Origin: Bdellovibrionales bacterium
Lineage (GTDB): Bacteria; Bdellovibrionota; Bdellovibrionia; Bdellovibrionales; UBA1609
Length of the DNA: 64,000 nt
Direction of reading: 5' to 3'
Assembly: GCA_965200875.1 (NCBI GenBank)
Contig: OZ241456.1
Coordinates: forward strand, 1,241,159-1,305,158
Shown: piece by piece, positions 17,438 through 26,860 of the stretch
Layout: every line of letters begins with the position of its first letter
How positions within the stretch are numbered: the stretch's first letter is position 1
Program-made: the position numbers and the translations under genes
Notes under the pieces: generated by a model
Told to the model about the DNA's origin: nothing
The model's input: only the letters and a program-made list of their open reading frames with translations
Database searches by the model: none

Positions 17438-20233
17438 ATGGCTCATTTGGATTATTTAAACAGAAGCAACCTGGACTATATTGAAAGTCTGTTTCAGAAG
17501 TATCGGGAACAGCCACACCAAACTCCTCCTGAATGGAAAATGTTTTTCAACGGAGTGGAATTGGCGCAAAATCTCTCATCCGGTTTCCTACCGGAAAAAG
17601 AGCTGGCAGTTTTTCAAACTATCTCTGCTTACCGCGAAGACGGACATCTGAAAGCCAATTTAGACCCTTTACAGCTAAAACAAGCTGGGAACTCAAAAAA
17701 AACACCTTCTTTTCTTTCCGCTTTTGGTCTGAATGAAAAAGATCTAAAAAAGAATTTTCAAATCAGCTCTGTCTTAGGAATGAAATCGGGGGAATCTCTT
17801 AAAACCATTCTTGATTTTATGGAAAAAACATACTGTGGAACACTCAGTCTTCAGGTTGGAGGATGCCAACCGGAAGTGAGAGAATGGTTTTTTAACGAGT
17901 TTGAAGGACGGGGGGAGCTTTTTCAGCTTTCCTCCGAACAGAAAAAAAACCTTTTTTACGAGCTGGCCAAAACAGAAGCTTTGGAAAAGTTTTTGCATTC
18001 CCGTTTCGTGGGAGCCAAGCGATTTTCCATAGAGGGGGGAGACGCACTTATCCCCATGCTGGAATATCTGACAGAAAAAGGTGCTACAAAACTGAAAATA
18101 AAAGAGCTTATTATTGGCATGGCTCACCGAGGCCGGCTGAATGTGCTCAACAACTTTATGAATCAAGCCACAGAAATTGTATTTATGGAATTTGACGGTG
18201 GAAAAGCCCTCAAGCATTTTGATTTTGAGGGGGATGTAAAGTACCACGCAGGTTACTCTTCAGTTAAAAAGTTTGCCGATGGTTCCTCCTGCAATGTGTT
18301 ACTGGCTTATAACCCCAGCCACTTGGAGGCAGTCAACCCTGTGGTGTGCGGAATTGCCCGCGCGCGACAAAGAGCTTTAAAAGATCATCAGAAAAGAAAA
18401 GCGGTTTTGCCAGTTTTGATTCACGGAGATGCGGCTTTCAGCGGACAAGGTTCTGCTAGTGAAACTTTGCAACTTTCTGAACTGGAAGGTTTTACCACTG
18501 GTGGGGTTTTACATATTATTCTGAACAATCAAATAGGCTTCACGACGGATCCGATGGACTCCCGCTCTTCTGTTCACTCTTCTGATCTTGCAAAAGCCAT
18601 TCAGGCCCCGGTCCTGTTGGTCAATGGGGACGACATAAATGCCTGTGTAAAAGCAATGGACATGGCTTTGCGTTTTCGGCAAAAATTCGGAAAAGATGTA
18701 TTTATAGACTTAATATGTTATCGGCGGTTCGGCCATAATGAAGGTGATGAACCGGCCTTTACACAACCCATAATGTATCAAAAAATAAAACAGCATCCCA
18801 CTGCCCGACATATTTACGCCAAAGAATTGGAAAAGGAAAAACTCATGAACAATCAGGAGTCTCAAGCCTTTTATGATAGCCAAATTCAGGAATTACAAAG
18901 CATACTGGATAAAACCAGAAAAGAAAACAAAGTTCTCACGAAAGAGGATTTAAAAGGAACACTTTGGGAGCAGTACAAAAAAACCACTGAAAGCGATTTT
19001 TTCAAAGAAGTGGATACCTGCCCCTTGGATAGACACTTGGACAAAACTCTTAAGGTACTTACTGAAGTTCCTGAAAATTTTAACCTGCATTCCAAAGTGA
19101 AAAAACTCATTCAGGATCGGCAAAAAAAAGTAAAGGAAGATAAACTGGATTGGGCTTTATGCGAACTTTCCGCATACGGAACACTTTGTCTGGAAAATCA
19201 TCCTGTGCGTGTTTCCGGCCAGGATTCCAAAAGAGGTACTTTTTCTCATCGCCATGCTGTCTATTTTGACACGCAAACCGGAGCAAGTTATTCCCCTCTT
19301 TCCTTGCTAAACCCTGATAAGGGAGAATTTTGCATTTACAATTCCCCTCTCTCTGAAATGGCCGTCTTGGGTTTTGAGTACGGAAACGCCTGTGCTGACC
19401 ATTCTTTTTTTACAGTTTGGGAAGCTCAGTTTGGCGATTTTGCCAATGGAGCACAAATTATCATCGATCAATTCATCAGCAGTGGAGAGGAAAAATGGAT
19501 GCAAAACTGTGGTTTGGTTTTGCTCCTGCCACATGGCTATGAGGGGCAAGGGCCGGAACATTCCAGTGCTAGGCTGGAGAGGTTTCTTCAGCTTTGTGCC
19601 CAAGGAAATATGCAGGTTTGCCACCCCACCACTCCCGCCAATTTTTTTCATCTTCTAAGAAGGCAGGTAAAAAGACATTTCAGAAAACCCCTTGTGATAA
19701 TGACACCTAAGTCTTTATTAAGACACCCTGAAGTGGTATCTTCCAAAAAAGATCTGATCCGCTCTTATGGTTTTCAGGAAGTGATTGCCGATCCAAAAGT
19801 CACAAAACCCAAAAATGTGGAAGTGTTAGTTTTATGTAGCGGTAAAGTGTATTTTGACTTAAAAGCCGAAATGGAGAAAGCTTTGAAAACTAACACCCAC
19901 TCTTCTGTTGCAGGCCGTGATCATACAGCTTTTGTAAGAGTGGAGCAACTTTATCCGTTTCCTCGTTTGGCACTCACACCCTTTTTAAATGGCTATCACC
20001 GCCTAAAAAAGGTTTTATGGATACAGGAAGAGCCTGCCAATATGGGTGCTGGTTCTTATATAATACCCCGACTTAGAGCTTTTATGGATGAAATTGGCTT
20101 AGGAAATATACCACTTACCTTCCTGAGCCGTAAAGAAAAAGCCTCTCCCGCCACAGGTTCTCATCAAGTCCATAAAAAAGAATATGAAGAACTTATTAAA
20201 AAGTTTTTTATTCAACTGGGAGTAGAAGTATAA
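17438..20233 (+). CDS. sucA: 2-oxoglutarate dehydrogenase E1 component
   Basis: 931 aa. Typical N-terminus (YLNRSNLDYIESLFQKY), ThDP region IHGDAAFSGQG, and C-terminal transketolase-like domains. No sucB follows. Confidence 0.9.
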   Translation: MAHLDYLNRSNLDYIESLFQKYREQPHQTPPEWKMFFNGVELAQNLSSGFLPEKELAVFQTISAYREDGHLKANLDPLQLKQAGNSKKTPSFLSAFGLNEKDLKKNFQISSVLGMKSGESLKTILDFMEKTYCGTLSLQVGGCQPEVREWFFNEFEGRGELFQLSSEQKKNLFYELAKTEALEKFLHSRFVGAKRFSIEGGDALIPMLEYLTEKGATKLKIKELIIGMAHRGRLNVLNNFMNQATEIVFMEFDGGKALKHFDFEGDVKYHAGYSSVKKFADGSSCNVLLAYNPSHLEAVNPVVCGIARARQRALKDHQKRKAVLPVLIHGDAAFSGQGSASETLQLSELEGFTTGGVLHIILNNQIGFTTDPMDSRSSVHSSDLAKAIQAPVLLVNGDDINACVKAMDMALRFRQKFGKDVFIDLICYRRFGHNEGDEPAFTQPIMYQKIKQHPTARHIYAKELEKEKLMNNQESQAFYDSQIQELQSILDKTRKENKVLTKEDLKGTLWEQYKKTTESDFFKEVDTCPLDRHLDKTLKVLTEVPENFNLHSKVKKLIQDRQKKVKEDKLDWALCELSAYGTLCLENHPVRVSGQDSKRGTFSHRHAVYFDTQTGASYSPLSLLNPDKGEFCIYNSPLSEMAVLGFEYGNACADHSFFTVWEAQFGDFANGAQIIIDQFISSGEEKWMQNCGLVLLLPHGYEGQGPEHSSARLERFLQLCAQGNMQVCHPTTPANFFHLLRRQVKRHFRKPLVIMTPKSLLRHPEVVSSKKDLIRSYGFQEVIADPKVTKPKNVEVLVLCSGKVYFDLKAEMEKALKTNTHSSVAGRDHTAFVRVEQLYPFPRLALTPFLNGYHRLKKVLWIQEEPANMGAGSYIIPRLRAFMDEIGLGNIPLTFLSRKEKASPATGSHQVHKKEYEELIKKFFIQLGVEV

Positions 20234-20355
20234 AATTGGGAGTGTAAAATACTGAATATTTTTTTCTTTGGCAGATTTTGAAAGTTTGTTATATGAAAAA
20301 CCCTATAAAGTTTTTGACATATCATACTAAAAACCTGAAGAATAAGGAAAAACAT

Positions 20356-20431
20356 GACCCGCTAGCTCAGTTGGTAGAGCATCTCCCTTTTAAGGAGAGG
20401 GTCCTTGGTTCGAGCCCAAGGCGGGTCACCA
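20356..20431 (+). tRNA. tRNA-Lys (anticodon UUU), CCA encoded
   Basis: Acceptor stem gacccgc/gcgggtc, D-loop agctcagttggtagagc, anticodon arm tctcc-cTTTTaa-ggaga, and T-arm ggttcgagccc. Confidence 0.9.
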
Positions 20432-20434
20432 CTA

Positions 20435-20509
20435 GTTCCCTTCGTCTAGCGGTCAGGATGTCACCCTTTCACGGTGAAGACACGGGTTCGATTCCCGTAG
20501 GGAACGCCA
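20435..20509 (+). tRNA. tRNA-Glu (anticodon UUC), CCA encoded
   Basis: Acceptor stem gttccct/agggaac, anticodon arm tcacc-cTTTCac-ggtga, and T-arm gggttcgattccc. Confidence 0.9.
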
Positions 20510-20615
20510 TATATTTTGTAACTAATTGAAATAACTTGTAATTTTTCTATCACTGATCACTTGGCAGAGGAAATTTAACTAATAGCGTCATAAATTCTCA
20601 AAAAAATGCCCCTTG

Positions 20616-20666
20616 AACCTTTATACTTTCAACCTTTATAGGAGTTGTCCGTGATAAACCTTTATA
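20616..20666 (+). repeat. three direct copies of AACCTTTATA just downstream of the tRNAs
   Basis: Copies at 20616, 20631 and 20657. The adjacent ccgtgataaacc / ctcgtgaaaaaacc resemble degenerate MITE ends. Confidence 0.5.
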
Positions 20667-20794
20667 GGAAGTAGCTCGTGAAAAAACCTTTCCTAAACTG
20701 AAAGAATCTCTAAGAGCTTTCAGTCCCTTGAAAACGGGAATCTTGTTGAATTTTAGGGAAATGTTCAAAATAAATAACAGGCAGGTTGTATATA

Positions 20795-21038
20795 ATGATG
20801 AAAAATAAAATTAATCAACTTTCTTTTTTTGAAGAAACAAAATTATCGAATCATCTCTTCAAGAAATTTGAAGAGATCCATAATTATATATATGCCAATG
20901 AGGGGCTATCTGAACAACAAGTTTTAGAGGAGATTATAAAAATTTTATTTATAAAGTTTTATGATGAACAAAAAAATAGTGACAGGTTTTACATTTCAAA
21001 AACAGATTTTTTAAATATAAATTCCAAAAAAACTGGAG
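20795..21038 (+). pseudogene. N-terminal fragment of an N6-adenine DNA methyltransferase (type I/IIG-like), cut by IS3
   Basis: FEEIHNYIYANEGLSEQQVLEEIIKILFIKFYDEQ resembles the MTase N-terminal helical domain. The reading frame runs into the IS end at 21039. Confidence 0.55.
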
Positions 21039-21054
21039 TGGCCCCTATTTTTGG

Positions 21055-21942
21055 CTACCTCATTTGTGTTGATTTAATATACTCCACAGGTGACTTCATG
21101 CCAAGTGCTGAATGGGGAGCTTTATGGTTATAATCATATATCCATTCTTTTAATAATTTCATAGTGTCTTCAGCACAGGAGCAGTCATTCACATACACAT
21201 AATCTCGTTTTATTGTCTTTACAAAAGCCTCTGCCATACCATTACTCTCTGGACTGTAAGCCCTCGTAAAACAAGGCTTTAAACCCAGCTGGCGGGCCAA
21301 TACCTGCACATTATACGCTCTGTAAATACTCCCTCGATCCGATAAAAATTCAATCTCTCTATTTGTTCGACAAGCATCAAATCGCCCTTCTACAGCACTA
21401 ATCATCAAACCCTGTATGTCTTCTTCTGATAAAAGAGGCTTTAACGACGCCGTAAAGCTTAAAATCTCCCTGTCACATGTGTCTAACACAAAAGAAACAT
21501 ACACCTTCTCTCCATTAAAACAATGAATTTCAAAACAATCAGAACACCACCTCGTATTGGAATACAATGTCATCACTTTTCCTGTACTCTTATGCCCTTC
21601 CCTTCTGCTGACAGCTTTGGGTAACAAAAGGCCATTTTCTTTCATTACACGATAAATACGCTTCTTATTATACTTGCTTAAACCCTTTAAAACCCTCTCC
21701 TTGTTGTAAAGAGCCGTTACACGCTTGTAACCATAAGTGGGACGATCCTTTATCACAGCTCTTATCCCTGATAAAATTTGCTTATCTTTATCCTTTATCT
21801 TCATCTTAACACTTCTCCTCTCACTCACTTTGTAAAGAGACTTTGGATGAATCCCTATTAACTCACAAAATCTTTTTTTACAGCAGATCGCTGAGCAGTG
21901 GATGATAAACTCTTTTGCAAATTCAGTTTTTCTTCCCTCCAC
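21055..21942 (-). CDS. IS3 transposase OrfB (DDE/rve integrase core), expressed by -1 frameshift as OrfAB
   Basis: rve-type motifs (WCSDCFEI...DRGSIYRA...SPESNGMAEAF). The slippery run A8-G lies at 21943-21950 (minus strand ATGAAAAAAAAGTGG). Confidence 0.85.
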   Translation of the reverse strand: MEGRKTEFAKEFIIHCSAICCKKRFCELIGIHPKSLYKVSERRSVKMKIKDKDKQILSGIRAVIKDRPTYGYKRVTALYNKERVLKGLSKYNKKRIYRVMKENGLLLPKAVSRREGHKSTGKVMTLYSNTRWCSDCFEIHCFNGEKVYVSFVLDTCDREILSFTASLKPLLSEEDIQGLMISAVEGRFDACRTNREIEFLSDRGSIYRAYNVQVLARQLGLKPCFTRAYSPESNGMAEAFVKTIKRDYVYVNDCSCAEDTMKLLKEWIYDYNHKAPHSALGMKSPVEYIKSTQMR

Positions 21943-22244
21943 TTTTTTTTCATAAACTCATTCCATTGCTTAAGAGTGGTGATATCCAATGCTTGATCAG
22001 CTACAGTATGCTTTAAACGAGAGTTCTCCACCTTTAAACGATTTATCTCTAAAAGCAATTCCTCTTGGTCTAATCCTGTTGCTTTCTTTTCTCTGCGCAT
22101 TTTCTCTCTCCTCCATTGATAAATAGTTGCGGCTTGAATCTGATACTTCCGTGATAATTCGGAAATACTGAGACCACCTTGAAAATGCTCTGAAAGTATC
22201 AAAAATCTTTGATTTTTTGAAATCTTTTTGGAAAATCTATCCAT
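21858..22244 (-). CDS. IS3 transposase OrfA (HTH)
   Basis: 128 aa with an HTH (LSISELSRKYQIQAATIYQWRRE) and a leucine-zipper-like region. It ends in the frameshift window. Confidence 0.85.
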   Translation of the reverse strand: MDRFSKKISKNQRFLILSEHFQGGLSISELSRKYQIQAATIYQWRREKMRREKKATGLDQEELLLEINRLKVENSRLKHTVADQALDITTLKQWNEFMKKKWREEKLNLQKSLSSTAQRSAVKKDFVS

Positions 22245-22283
22245 TTTACCTCCTTTTAGAAGGTAGCCAAATTTTGGGGGTCA

Positions 22284-23011
22284 AGAACATAATCGATGAA
22301 GATTTTAGTGCAGTGATATCAGATTACAATCAATTTTTAAAAACATCTTCTACAAAATCCAATTCATCCTTCTGCATTAAAGCACAGAAATTAAATAGAA
22401 GATTTGATTACACATATCATCTCCCTGCAAATCGCAAACTAATAAAACAATTAAAACAATTAAACTCTGTTTATCTTTTTGAGCTAGCTGATATTGTAAA
22501 GACAAAATCAACATTTTTAAAAAATAAAATTGTTAACTACATTGAACTTTCAGATGTATATACGAATTCATTTGAAATTATTAACTCAGCAGGAATAGCT
22601 GTTAATAAGCTACCCAGTAGAGCCAGTTATGAACTAAAAACAGGGGATATTATTACGGCTGTTGCGGGTAATGCCATAGGAACTCATAAACACACTACTG
22701 CCTATGTCACAGAGGAATTTAACCATTCAATTTGCACAAATGGTTTTCGTGTATTAAGAAACTTCAGAATTAATCCATTTTATCTTTTGTATTATTTTCA
22801 AAGTGATTTATTTTTGAAGCAGGTATTTATGTATCGGACAGGAGCAGCCATTCCAGCATTATCAGATGAAGATTTCAGTAAAATTTTAATATATATTCCA
22901 CCTGAAAAGGAAATGAAACAAATCAGCTTGACTGTGAAAAAAAGTTTTTATTTAAGACAAAAAGCCAAAAATGAAATGAAGAATATCACCTTAACTGAAA
23001 TAAACCCATAA
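22284..23011 (+). pseudogene. C-terminal specificity (HsdS-like TRD) fragment of the disrupted restriction-modification gene
   Basis: The TRD-like pattern LFELADIV...YIELSDV...LKTGDIITA...NGFRVLR...INPFYLLYYFQS...RTGAAIPALS...ILIYIPPEKEMKQIS starts right at the IS end. No MTase catalytic motif lies between the fragments. Confidence 0.55.
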
Positions 23012-23060
23012 ACACAGCTATATTTATATCTTTTTTATTACTGCCCATCTTCATAGATAA

Positions 23061-23185
23061 TGGTCTGTGAAAAAGTTCTGTTTAAGTGAGTTACTTTCCT
23101 ACTTATCGGAAGGCTCCCCCTTAGTACGTCATTCCCGTGAAAACGGGAATCCAGAAAACCACATACTTTTTCACAGGCTACTAAG
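23061..23185. mobile_element. MITE-like element copy B
   Basis: tggtctgtgaaaaag ... gtcattcccgtgaaaacgggaatccag ... acatactttttcacaggctactaag. Confidence 0.75.
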
Positions 23186-23551
23186 TACTAGAAGGCCGAC
23201 TGGCAATCTGTTTCGTAAGCTCCACTCCTGGAGGCAGAGGCACACCTTGAGCTTTATTAAAACCCGTTGAAGGATTGGAAAAAGCAGACGCACTGGCATA
23301 AAGCAAAACCTGATCTTTAATATTACCTTTTTCCGTTGCCTCAACAAAGGACCGAAAAGTTGTCAGAGTTTTGGCTTTATTGGCATTTACAGTTTCGTTG
23401 TGTTTTTCTGCATGAAAATTTTTATTACAAAAATTTATAGCGTAAATCCATAAGCTAAGTATTATTCAAGCAACAATCTCCAGATAACCCAGCACAAGGG
23501 CTTCTTTTCCTTTAAAATACGCAAAAAGCCCACCAGTAATGAATAGGCAAC

Positions 23552-24199
23552 CTATATCAAGCCAAAAAGTAAATTTCGCCCCCATTTATACCATCTTTGA
23601 GCTTTTTTTAAGTGATCAATTTGAGCATTTGAATAGTGAATGGCATTTTGAGATACTCCTGCTTCAGCAGAGGCAGTCCTCATGGATTCTAAAATAGATT
23701 CAGCAGATTTTTTTTGATTTTCTATCTGATTTTTTTGTTCTTCAGAATGAGCTTTAACTTGCTCTAAAGTTTGTCTTGCTTCTCTTTCAATTTGTTTAAA
23801 ATCCGTTCCTGCTTGATTTGCAAAGTTAACTACTGAGGATACAGCTTCAAAAAAACCATCATAGGAATCTTCTACATCCTGCACAATATTATCCCTTGTA
23901 TCCTTAGGACTGCTGTCTTCTAAATTGAGAGATCTTGCTCTTTCAAAAATCTCTTTATATGCTTGTAGTTTCCCTCGTATGTATGAAGTTTTGTCTTGAG
24001 GAACTCTTTCAAAATGACATTTTGAAAGATCTTCTATTAGTCCGAAAACCATTTCAAACTGTTCTTTTCCTTTGCGGTTAAAACTAACATCATGCAATCG
24101 ATCCTCTCCGTATAATTCATCACGATCAATTTTTAAAAATTCTTGTATTTCAGTCTGCAGAGCTTTAGCTTCCTCTTTCATAGATTCAAGTATTGACAT
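23552..24199 (-). CDS. coiled-coil protein whose C-terminal TM helix is interrupted by an in-frame TAG
   Basis: 215 aa ending ...WYKWGRNLLFGLI-TAG. The same frame continues VAYSLLVGFLRILKEKKPLCWVIWRLLLE to a TAA at 23462-23464. Confidence 0.5.
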   Translation of the reverse strand: MSILESMKEEAKALQTEIQEFLKIDRDELYGEDRLHDVSFNRKGKEQFEMVFGLIEDLSKCHFERVPQDKTSYIRGKLQAYKEIFERARSLNLEDSSPKDTRDNIVQDVEDSYDGFFEAVSSVVNFANQAGTDFKQIEREARQTLEQVKAHSEEQKNQIENQKKSAESILESMRTASAEAGVSQNAIHYSNAQIDHLKKAQRWYKWGRNLLFGLI

Positions 24200-24488
24200 T
24201 ATAATCTTTCTCCATAATAAGGTTTAATAGTTCACAATCAGCTCAAAGCGAGAATGATCGTTTTTCAAGGTAACTGGTTACACCAAAAAACCTATTTTTT
24301 TGAGGTTTCAGTCACAGAATCAATGTATCATTTCTGTTCTGTTGTAGTAGTTTCGAGGACGATTATTAACCAAAAGCAGGATGTATGACAAGAAAAATAG
24401 GGTAAAAATGGTGTTTTAAAGTGTTTCTTCTTGATTTTCAGCTATAATTTTGTTGATTTTATATCCTAAAATAACGATAATATAAAAT

Positions 24489-24728
24489 ATGACTACTCAA
24501 AAAAAATCAAAACTGATAACTGAAGAAATCTTGGATCAATCTGGATTGGACGAAACTTCCAAAGCATTGGAGTTTTATAAGACATTTAAGGAAATTTCTG
24601 ATATTACAGAAAAAATAGATATTGCTCTAGGCAGAAAAAAAATATATACATATAGCTCTGGTTCAACAAAAAATTTTGAAATAGATACTGATGCAATCCC
24701 ACCAACAATCCAATCGTATACGGTTTAA
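24489..24728 (+). CDS. small hypothetical protein
   Basis: 79-aa ORF divergent from 23552-24199, with no recognisable motifs. Confidence 0.35.
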   Translation: MTTQKKSKLITEEILDQSGLDETSKALEFYKTFKEISDITEKIDIALGRKKIYTYSSGSTKNFEIDTDAIPPTIQSYTV

Positions 24729-24873
24729 AATAACTCAAATATAATATCTAAAATTATTAGAAAATTTTAGCTTTGAGTGGTTCTTCTTTTTTTCATTATC
24801 TGTGTTAATAACCATAAATTCTTGACAATATTTTATTGACAATGTTGTCAAAATCAAGTAAAAGTATTGAATA

Positions 24874-25149
24874 ATGTGGCAAATTGTCTTTACAAATAAA
24901 GCTCGTAAAAACTTTAAGAAGCTTCCTAGGCAGATCCAAGAGCAAACAGTTCTTTTAATAAATGAAATACAATTTGCAGGACCTATCAGAAGAAATTGGT
25001 CACATTTTTCAAAATTGATGAAAAATGAATATCATTGTCACTTAAAAAAAGGACATCCAACTTATGTTGTCTGCTGGAAAGTGATAAGTAAACAATTAAA
25101 AACTGTGGAGGTTTATTATGTCGGCACACATGAAAAAGCACCTTACTAA
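24874..25149 (+). CDS. RelE/ParE-superfamily toxin (toxin-first, HigB-like arrangement)
   Basis: 91 aa. MWQIVFTNKARKNFKKLPRQIQEQ...HCHLKKGHPTYVVCWKV...VEVYYVGTHEKAPY fits the RelE-like pattern. Confidence 0.65.
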   Translation: MWQIVFTNKARKNFKKLPRQIQEQTVLLINEIQFAGPIRRNWSHFSKLMKNEYHCHLKKGHPTYVVCWKVISKQLKTVEVYYVGTHEKAPY

Positions 25150-25495
25150 GGTAATGATAGGAAATGAAAAATTTAAATTGCGTTCCAAGGAGGTTAAAAC
25201 TCTTTTGTCTTTGGTAAAAATTATGGAAAAATCGTACTCTCCGGGTAAAGATAACGCGAATTGGCCGATTGTTTATAAAGAAAATTTTGGTAATATGCCA
25301 GAGTGGGCTTTGTGTTTACGCTCAGCTCGCCGAAAAAAAAAACTTTCTCAAAAAGAGTTAAGTAAAAAATGTCAGATTCCCATAACCACTATTTCAAAAT
25401 ATGAAAATGGAGAACGAAAAATCTCTGAACCTCAGGCTAAAAAATTAGCTAAAGCTTTACAAACACACTTTAAAGTGTTTTTGATTAAAAAATAA
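25118..25495 (+). CDS. XRE-family HTH antitoxin
   Basis: C-terminal HTH_3 motif LSQKELSKKCQIPITTISKYENGERKISEPQAKKLAKAL. It overlaps the toxin's 3' end. Confidence 0.65.
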   Translation: MSAHMKKHLTKVMIGNEKFKLRSKEVKTLLSLVKIMEKSYSPGKDNANWPIVYKENFGNMPEWALCLRSARRKKKLSQKELSKKCQIPITTISKYENGERKISEPQAKKLAKALQTHFKVFLIKK

Positions 25496-25508
25496 AGAAA
25501 TTATAATG

Positions 25509-26456
25509 TTAAATTTTTCCAACTTTAGCAAGATGCCAATAAAATTGACCTTTTTCTGTTAAACTACAACTTTTGTTATTCATAGTCGCATAATACATAT
25601 GCTCTTCATCATCTGGTCTCACAAGACCATTTCTGCAATAATCTTGTAGTATGTTCATTTTTTTTTCATTAGGATGATTTTTAGGTTCTTCGGTCGGTTC
25701 GTAACTTTTATCAAGTTTATGCTTTGAAGCTGGTTCTGGAAAAAAATTTGTTAGTTCCCTAAGTATTTGTCGCTCAATTTGCGGTTTACAAACTCTAATT
25801 GGTGTTGGTCTGGAAATATGTGTTTTAAATAAAGGACGTTGCTCCCATGCTCCAAAAATTGGTTCAACATGAGCATATATACTCGCAGTTGTAACTATCC
25901 CAAGTAAATCAGCGGCACTTCCTTTTAAAGCATCACAAACAAGTGATGTAAAAAGGCCTCCATTAATACCTTCCATTGCAACTTGATTGGGTCTGCTGGC
26001 AGTCAATATGGTAATACCTTCTCTAATGAAAGCTGAAGTACTGTCAATCTCAGGTAAAGAACCAAGTTTCCCACTAAAACAACAGTCCAACATTAGTATA
26101 CATTCTTTAATTTGTGATTTGTTAGCAAGATGAAGAATCTCTCTCATAGCTACACCTTCATCATATTTTTTAGCATCCTGAGTTACAATATAACCTCCAA
26201 GATTGTTTGAGATCCCATGACCAGAAAAATAAAAGAAGGCCATATCTGCTGGGTCTTTAAAAAGTTTTTCTATACAGGATCTTAAACCTGCTCTTGTAAT
26301 TTCTGCATTATCTGAAGTTAATATTTTACACTCAAAGTTAGGAGTACCATCTTCATTTTTTGAAATCAATTTTTGGATATTTTTAGCATCTGTTATACAA
26401 CCAGTTAAATGTGCTATTTCATAATCATCAATACCAACTACTAATGCTCTTTTCAT
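25509..26456 (-). CDS. caspase-like cysteine protease (peptidase C14 fold) with an uncharacterised C-terminal domain
   Basis: MKRALVVGIDDY, His motif FYFSGHG, Cys motif LMLDCCFSG, and about 120 aa of unassigned C-terminus. ATGA overlap with the upstream TIR-like gene. Confidence 0.8.
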   Translation of the reverse strand: MKRALVVGIDDYEIAHLTGCITDAKNIQKLISKNEDGTPNFECKILTSDNAEITRAGLRSCIEKLFKDPADMAFFYFSGHGISNNLGGYIVTQDAKKYDEGVAMREILHLANKSQIKECILMLDCCFSGKLGSLPEIDSTSAFIREGITILTASRPNQVAMEGINGGLFTSLVCDALKGSAADLLGIVTTASIYAHVEPIFGAWEQRPLFKTHISRPTPIRVCKPQIERQILRELTNFFPEPASKHKLDKSYEPTEEPKNHPNEKKMNILQDYCRNGLVRPDDEEHMYYATMNNKSCSLTEKGQFYWHLAKVGKI

Positions 26457-26860
26457 CTATTTTTACCTTCTGTCATCATTTGCGAAATGACATTTGCAAT
26501 CTTATCCCAATGCCAATATATACTTCTGTTTTCCTTTAAGCCAGAAGGTAAAGTGGAATAATGGTTAGCTCCATCAACATAAACACCAAAAAAGGGAACA
26601 TCTTGTTTTTGTGCCATAATAATTTCCTTTTCCACACCAACAGCATTTCCCATATTTTTACCAACTAACACTATCATTAAGGTACATTTCTTAATTTTAT
26701 CTTCTACTATTCGCTCCCATTGAGATTGAGGTAGTGAAGTTTTTGATGACCAATCAGTTATTGCAAAAGGTGTTTTGGAATTTTTCGATTGACCTACAAA
26801 TAAGTTTTTTTCATTTTCATTGTGATCATAATCAAAACTTATAAACACTCTGGGTCCCAT
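26453..26860 (-). CDS. TIR-like domain protein (DUF1863/ThsB-like)
   Basis: 135 aa. RVFISFDYDHNENEKNLF...IKKCTLMIVLVGKNMGNAVGVEKEIIMAQKQDVPFFGV matches the TIR-like pattern (vFiSy...viVLiG...WV.yEI..A). Confidence 0.7.
   Translation of the reverse strand: MGPRVFISFDYDHNENEKNLFVGQSKNSKTPFAITDWSSKTSLPQSQWERIVEDKIKKCTLMIVLVGKNMGNAVGVEKEIIMAQKQDVPFFGVYVDGANHYSTLPSGLKENRSIYWHWDKIANVISQMMTEGKNR

Larger units (their letters stand above)
21039..22283 (-). mobile_element. IS3-family insertion sequence (1245 bp)
   Basis: Imperfect terminal IRs TGGCCCCTATTTTTGGCTACC / TGACCCCCAAAATTTGGCTACC (TG...CA ends). It has orfA and orfB with an A-rich slippery site. The flanking triplets differ (gag vs aga), so no clear target-site duplication. 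Confidence 0.85.

Noticed and set aside
20233-20356. Absence of sucB after sucA, and absence of rpmI-rplT after infC at 58202.
   Set aside because: I noted these as synteny oddities. Gene order varies among phyla and the partner genes may lie elsewhere, so there is not enough evidence for a finding.
20278-20529. 83-aa ORF in the track.
   Set aside because: It lies directly over the tRNA-Lys and tRNA-Glu genes, and its peptide is a translation of tRNA sequence.
23067-23270. Small ORFs containing peptides such as HSRENGNPE, FHGNDS and SFPRKRESS (also 27065-27322, 31302-31556 and 6419-6622 in part).
   Set aside because: They are translations of the MITE-like repeat core hairpin (gtcattcccg...cgggaatccag) and are not independent genes.
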